The notes under the pieces are model-generated. The model made no database searches and had not been told where the DNA came from. It was given only the letters and a program-made list of their open reading frames with translations. Below are positions 58,301 to 64,000 of a stretch of 64,000 nucleotides of DNA, piece after piece. Numbering within the stretch: position 1 is the first letter of the stretch; each line of letters begins with the position of its first letter. The position numbers and the translations under genes were made by a program. This DNA comes from Klebsormidium nitens. Its lineage: Eukaryota > Plantae > Klebsormidiophyceae. The stretch lies in assembly GCA_000708835.1 (NCBI GenBank), contig DF236959.1:295728-359727 (forward strand), read 5' to 3'.

Positions 58301-61300
58301 CTTCCTTAGACATAGGCCGAACGAAGTCAGCCACGTCCATCGAGCGCCAGGTGAGGTCACTCGAGGTCCAACTGTTCTGTAGCTTTCACCTTTCGTTTTC
58401 TCCTTTCTAACCCGCGGATGTACCCTGACGGCGAATATTAACCTTTCGCTGTCTTGAGGACGTTCTTATTTTGGCGACATCTACTTTCTCGCTTTCCCTT
58501 CTGACTTGCATCTTAGCTTACGTTTGAAGCTTGACACCTGTTGCACAACATCCGTTCCGCCCGTCCAAGGATAAGAGGAGGATAAGAGCGAGGTCTGTGC
58601 AACAGCCAAGAGTCTGGACAAGCGCATGGTGGTTGAGCTTAATCAATCACGCGAGAAAATACAACTCAGAAATTCCTAATATTCGCCTTTACACAATTGC
58701 ATTGTCCCCTCTCTACAGGGAAAAGAAACGACGCCTGTACTTTGCTCAAGTCTCAAGTCGAGCACATGGTGTAAAGACGAAAGGAAGCGTGCATTGTTGT
58801 AGGAGGGTTGAAATTTTACCACACAATGTTACGTAGCCCTGCACCCATCAGAAACGGGGGACTCCCGAGGATTGCTAGGCCCCGGAACAAGTATGCGTTG
58901 TTAAGTATCGAAATGTTGGACCATGGGAAACCAGCTTGGTAACGATGAGGTGTCAAAAGCCTGCCATTCGCCCACCCCTGACCCTTTGCGCCCAATTCGC
59001 TCTTTCTTTTCGATTCAAAGAAACCGTTTTTGAAGGTCTGGAAAAGTTTTGAAAAATATCAGAAAAATCACTCCCAGCAGGACAAAGAGAGCGAAGTACC
59101 CGTGTCCCCAGAGAGTCAGGACAAGCACATGGTGTACCGCCGCGGCATGCCGGCGCCGTTCTTCACGCTGGTGATCGCCGGCAAGCTGCTGATTCGAGCG
59201 GGAAAAGAGGGCTTCGAATCGGAGATGGGGCCTTGGACGAGCCTCGGGGAGGCGGCGCTGCGGAAAGATGATTACGTCCCGGATTATTCGGCGATCATCG
59301 CGGGGCACTGTCGACTGCTGCAGGTGAGGTGACGTCAGCAGCAAGGTTTGGAAGGCATTATTCATTCGGGGGTGCGGAGCGTCGTGCAAGGAGGGCTGCT
59401 TTCCCGATTTATTCGTTCTTCAGTAACAGGCAGAAACGGCTGTTGCAATCGAGGTAACGGACATTGGGCAGTTCGTCGAGAAAAGGTGTTGTTTTGCCCC
59501 AATTCCCGCTGTCACTCCGGGGGGTACCTTCCACATGCAAAAGTGGTCCCGTGCGACGGTCACATTGTCATCGCAAGACTTTACTTTTTCAGCGTGGTGA
59601 CGAGGTGGAACGCCGCGGTGTTTTTGCTAACGTATGATTGTACGAGTCGCCGAATTGGAAAAAATACCCACGGTGTTTTCTTGGCGACGGCAGCACCGCG
59701 GCCCCTGCTATACCGTCCGACGCTCGAATGCAAATTCATCCGCTCTGTGAGTACAGACCCTGAGTCTTTTTATTCGGGGTGTACTGCAGATCTACCGGCG
59801 GGACTACTTGGCAGCGATGCGCCTGGCGCAGCCGGAGATGATCACAGCATCGCGTCAGCTGAAGCAGGCGATCGTCGACATGGAGTACGAGAACGAGTCG
59901 CGACAAAACAGCCCGCTTTTGGTGAACCACCGTCGAATCGACGAGAACGAAGAGCCCCGCACCCCCCTGCTGATGGACATCGACAGCAGCCGCGCAGGTG
60001 GGGCTATAGGCGATGGGAAGCGGGCCGCTTATCGGGCCGAAATCAGAGCGGACGTACAAGGAAAAGCAACAGATGTTGCTGACGAATTGTTCAAACGAGA
60101 TGTGTTTGAAGGAGGTGTATCAGGATGGATGACATGCTTAGCTATGCTAGAGTTCGTTTTATTGGTCCCCTCGGGACCCTTTTGTCAGTCAGCAGGGGAC
60201 TTGCTTGGTATCCGCTCAAGGGTCTGCCGAAATGACGCTCATTGTGGGCCATTGGATGGGTCTTCAGGGGTTTCACTCTTTGGAACGATCATGCGGATTT
60301 TTCTGCTTTTCTCGAATCGCTTATTGCTCTGCTCGAGCCAACTGTGCTGTCGTCACGCTGACGCTCTCTGTAACCGAGCCGGACGAGCTGTCCCTCAAAA
60401 TGTGCGCAAAAGCGGCTGACGTTGTATGACGATCCCCGCAGCCGGGCCAGACGTCCTATCGTCAGAGATGCACAGGTTGAAGCACCTCACGTTCATGTGT
60501 TCATTGAACTGACGGTGGCGCTCCTCTCTTCACCTCTGGCCTCTTGGTCGCTGTGGGCAACACCTGCTGACATCATGCTGACTGCTTTTCTGCAGAGCCG
60601 GACGGCCTTTCGCCCGAGATGCGCGCTCTCAACCGGCTGACGTCACTGGGCAGCGCCAACTGGGGCCGGCTGGAGCAGGAGGCGCAGGGGCGGGGCGTCA
60701 TCATACGCTTTGACAACATGCGGTATAAGCAGGAGACGACCGTCAGCATTTACACCAGGTGCGTCCAGAGCTCAGTGCGTGAGTGTGCGGGAGGGGAATG
60801 TGACGTGTTCGGTTGGTTCTCCGATCTGAATGCCTATCCCCGGAGTTTCGGGGCTACTGCTCGCGTTACTAAAGAAGGCAGTCTCTGCGAGCAAGATGCG
60901 GGTTGGAAAGCACGGTCTTTGTTAGTCTGAGAGTTGTAAATCCTGCGACCATCGATGGGCGTATCAAGCCCTGCAAGAAGCGTGCGAAAACCTCAGCATC
61001 GGACACGGAAAAGTGTCAGGCAGTGTGCGCAAGGGTAAAGGACGCCTCTCTCCAATAACCTACCCGTCAAGGAAGCCTTGCGAACATTGAAAAGCCTGGC
61101 AATGCCCTCAAAAAGCTTACGTCACTCTTCTGTTTTTTTGACGCAGGGACCATCAAGCGCTGCTCGCGAAGGTGACGGACGCCTTCACGTCGATCGGGCT
61201 GCGCGTGCGGAGCGCCAAGATCTACACGGAGGGGGACAAAGCGCTGGACGTCTTTGGGGTCGTTGGAGAGTCGGGGGAACAGGTACCGGAGGATCAGTTT

Positions 61301-61348
61301 GACTTTGTGAGGCAGCACCTGCTGTCACGCGTTTTCGAAACTAACTAG
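52334..61348 (+). CDS. CNNM/CorC-family metal transporter (DUF21 membrane domain, CBS pair, cNMP-binding-like domain) with a C-terminal ACT domain
   Basis: Exons 52334-52606, 53355-53650, 54573-54774, 55309-55503, 55880-56133, 56474-56651, a probable exon ending about 58099 whose start is in the gap, about 59081-59323, 59790-59997, 60596-60758, 61147-61348. Motifs [78 protein letters not shown], then an ACT-like C-terminus. Confidence 0.92.
53877..54022. repeat. Perfect 73 bp tandem duplication in CNNM intron 2
   Basis: 53877-53949 equals 53950-54022 (ggaagactggctgccaacgggcaagcttttcaaccaagattagaatgcaacaaagcttcaaggtcccatttgc). Confidence 0.9.
56148..56220 (+). repeat. Degenerate T3-4GGG(C) telomere-like intronic repeat
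   Basis: gggtttgggcttttagggttttgggctttctggctgttaagcttttgggcttttgggctttgggacctttgg; contains one TTTTAGGG. Confidence 0.55.
57419..58087. other. Assembly gap (N run) inside the CNNM gene
   Basis: Run of N; sequence resumes with taagaaggag followed by gtacgg, which looks like an exon end. Confidence 1.
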
Positions 61349-61404
61349 AGTGGGAGGCGCCGGGGGTGGAGCAACTAGGGTAGGGAGGACGGGAGGAACT
61401 AGTG

Positions 61405-61765
61405 AGGGGAACAGGTGCCGGAGGACCAGTTTGGCTTCGTGAGGCAGCACCTGCTGTCACACGTTTTCGAGGATAAGTAGAGTGGGGAGAACGTGGGGAC
61501 GGTGGAGATTGGGGGAACGGTGTGGAGAACGGGGAGAAACGGTGCGAGTGCGGTGGAGAAACGAGCAACTAGGTTGGGGAGGAAAGGGGCAACCAGCGAG
61601 GGGAGCAACGGTCGAAGGGCCAGGTTGGTTTTGTCGGGCAGCACCTGCTGTCGAAAGCCTTTGAGAGTAACTAGCATGAGGTGCAAAGGGAGGGGAGGGA
61701 GAAGAGGGCGAAGGTGGTCCAGGGGAAAGGGGCTTCAGAAAGTTGTGCCGGAGGACTGGTAGGGG
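61405..61765 (+). repeat. Tandem degenerate copies of the CNNM C-terminal coding segment
   Basis: Original [24 protein letters not shown] (ends 61348); copy [24 protein letters not shown] (ends 61480); copy QVGFVGQHLLSKAFESN* (ends 61674); remnant gtgccggaggactggtag near 61745-61762. Confidence 0.85.
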
Positions 61766-63014
61766 CATGCTGCTGTCGCAAGGGTTGAGTTGGAATGAGC
61801 AGCTTCGGTAGAACGGGTCCAAAGTCGGATGTGGCAACGGAGATGGGTGAAAGGGGGTGTCGAGAGTTGGCAGACGAAAGGGGAGCGGGGAGTGGTTGGA
61901 CAGACGTCGCGTTGGGAGGACATCGAGGCGGTTGTTTCCAAGAGCGAAGAAACTGAGACAACACTTTAACAACCTGACCTTTTAGGAAGGCCGAGACAGC
62001 AGCTTGGGGGCAGGGTTAAAGTCAGAGGGGAAGTGGGAGGCTACTGGGGGGACTGTGGGCTGGGCGCTGGTGGATGGAAGGGGGAACCGCCGGGTGTTGC
62101 GACTTTTGTGAAGTCGGAGTCGAAAGTTGGGGCTGGGGCGGACGGAACAGAGGGGGCGGACGAGGGCTTTGAAATTTATAGGTCTGCTGTGAGTTTAGAC
62201 GCGGAGGTGATCGACGGAGCCAAAGAACGGAAGATGAACGTTGGGGAGATTGATTTTTTCGTCATGATGGTTTCAAACGAGGCGGGGTTGGTATGCAGGG
62301 ACTTCGTGTTTTGACCGACAGAGCAAACAGATGTGAATCTTCGCTTGTGCTAGAAGGAAGAAGGAAATAATTGGCAATCAAGTGGCATGTGGGTCCAAAG
62401 GGAAGACGCATCCTTATTGGAATGTCAAGATCTGGTTATGTCTTGGATTCGGTTGATCTCTGACTATACGGAAGGCACTGATTCAGAATGCCAGCGACAT
62501 CCAACCACAGACTTTCGTTTAGGGCTTAGCTAGGCAGCCAGCGCAGGGTGTTACCTTAGTATAGACTTTAGTTTATATCCTGTACCGTAGCGCATGCCCG
62601 CCGAAGTGCGGCGTCATTGAGAAGGGAATTTGAAATCCTTTTAGAAGAGGGTGGCGATCATCTGTAGTTACATACAACAGACCGCCATAGTTGCTTACAT
62701 ACCTACATTAGCAGGCTAATAAATGATCTAGAGATACTAGTCAGAATAATCACTTGGATGCTGAGAGTGGAAGTTCTTCAACGTGGTTTATGCAGGAGAC
62801 TCTAGCTAACTGTAGGACATTTCAAGATTGCTTTGGAGCTAATCATTCTGGGAATCTGTCGCAAAGGGGTCGGACGAGCCTGTTTGTCCAATCGACGTGT
62901 GTGGTGCGTGACATGGCCGACGAAAGCCTCACACTTAAGGCTTGGTGCAGCCTAGGTCACTGGCGCCCGCGGCCCATTAATCGAAGGACTAGCTCATGGC
63001 CGCGTTCACACAAG

Positions 63015-63957
63015 NNNNNNNNNNNNNNNNNNNNNNNNNNNNNNNNNNNNNNNNNNNNNNNNNNNNNNNNNNNNNNNNNNNNNNNNNNNNNNNNNNNNNN
63101 NNNNNNNNNNNNNNNNNNNNNNNNNNNNNNNNNNNNNNNNNNNNNNNNNNNNNNNNNNNNNNNNNNNNNNNNNNNNNNNNNNNNNNNNNNNNNNNNNNNN
63201 NNNNNNNNNNNNNNNNNNNNNNNNNNNNNNNNNNNNNNNNNNNNNNNNNNNNNNNNNNNNNNNNNNNNNNNNNNNNNNNNNNNNNNNNNNNNNNNNNNNN
63301 NNNNNNNNNNNNNNNNNNNNNNNNNNNNNNNNNNNNNNNNNNNNNNNNNNNNNNNNNNNNNNNNNNNNNNNNNNNNNNNNNNNNNNNNNNNNNNNNNNNN
63401 NNNNNNNNNNNNNNNNNNNNNNNNNNNNNNNNNNNNNNNNNNNNNNNNNNNNNNNNNNNNNNNNNNNNNNNNNNNNNNNNNNNNNNNNNNNNNNNNNNNN
63501 NNNNNNNNNNNNNNNNNNNNNNNNNNNNNNNNNNNNNNNNNNNNNNNNNNNNNNNNNNNNNNNNNNNNNNNNNNNNNNNNNNNNNNNNNNNNNNNNNNNN
63601 NNNNNNNNNNNNNNNNNNNNNNNNNNNNNNNNNNNNNNNNNNNNNNNNNNNNNNNNNNNNNNNNNNNNNNNNNNNNNNNNNNNNNNNNNNNNNNNNNNNN
63701 NNNNNNNNNNNNNNNNNNNNNNNNNNNNNNNNNNNNNNNNNNNNNNNNNNNNNNNNNNNNNNNNNNNNNNNNNNNNNNNNNNNNNNNNNNNNNNNNNNNN
63801 NNNNNNNNNNNNNNNNNNNNNNNNNNNNNNNNNNNNNNNNNNNNNNNNNNNNNNNNNNNNNNNNNNNNNNNNNNNNNNNNNNNNNNNNNNNNNNNNNNNN
63901 NNNNNNNNNNNNNNNNNNNNNNNNNNNNNNNNNNNNNNNNNNNNNNNNNNNNNNNNN
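63015..63957. other. Assembly gap (N run)
   Basis: Run of N. Confidence 1.
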
Positions 63958-64000
63958 CAATAGCCCGGGTCGTTATACAGAGCTTGAGCACAAGCCTGGC

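Noticed and set aside
61399-62314. Pro/Ser-rich minus-strand ORFs and the 93 aa plus-strand ORF at 62033-62314
   Set aside because: Low-complexity purine-rich sequence downstream of the CNNM stop with no domain or splice support.
1-64000. rRNA, tRNA, prokaryotic operons or an endogenous giant-virus segment
   Set aside because: None recognised by eye; the modelled genes other than the J-domain ORF and the truncated LRR ORF have spliceosomal introns, and no viral hallmark gene was seen. tRNAscan-SE and Infernal were not run.

Overview
Eukaryotic, intron-rich, plant-lineage genomic DNA with canonical GT-AG introns, GC-rich host exons and two N gaps. The plant-type LRR, ALIX and DUF2985/PLAC8 genes plus TTTTAGGG/AAACCCTAA motifs suggest a charophyte green alga such as Klebsormidium (inference). 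The left third is dominated by a 16.2 kb CACTA/CMC-superfamily (Plavaka-type) DNA transposon at 1912-18119, which I delimited by eye from about 70 bp imperfect terminal inverted repeats, subterminal ATCAAC arrays and a candidate 3 bp CCG target-site duplication. It holds an apparently intact 9-exon, about 966 aa transposase and two divergently transcribed passenger genes: a spliced non-RD Ser/Thr kinase and a large multi-exon gene of unknown function. The middle contains a 3-exon, 362 aa gene whose His motifs and C-terminus resemble a minimal lipoxygenase iron site, and an intronless J-domain gene. The right half holds host genes: ALIX/BRO1 (18 exons, minus), DUF2985/PLAC8 (8 exons, plus) and a CNNM/DUF21-CBS-cNMP-like metal transporter fused to a C-terminal ACT domain, with locally duplicated exon ends. 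No rRNA, tRNA or CRISPR array was recognised. All gene models were spliced manually with codon-phase checks; no database searches were run.
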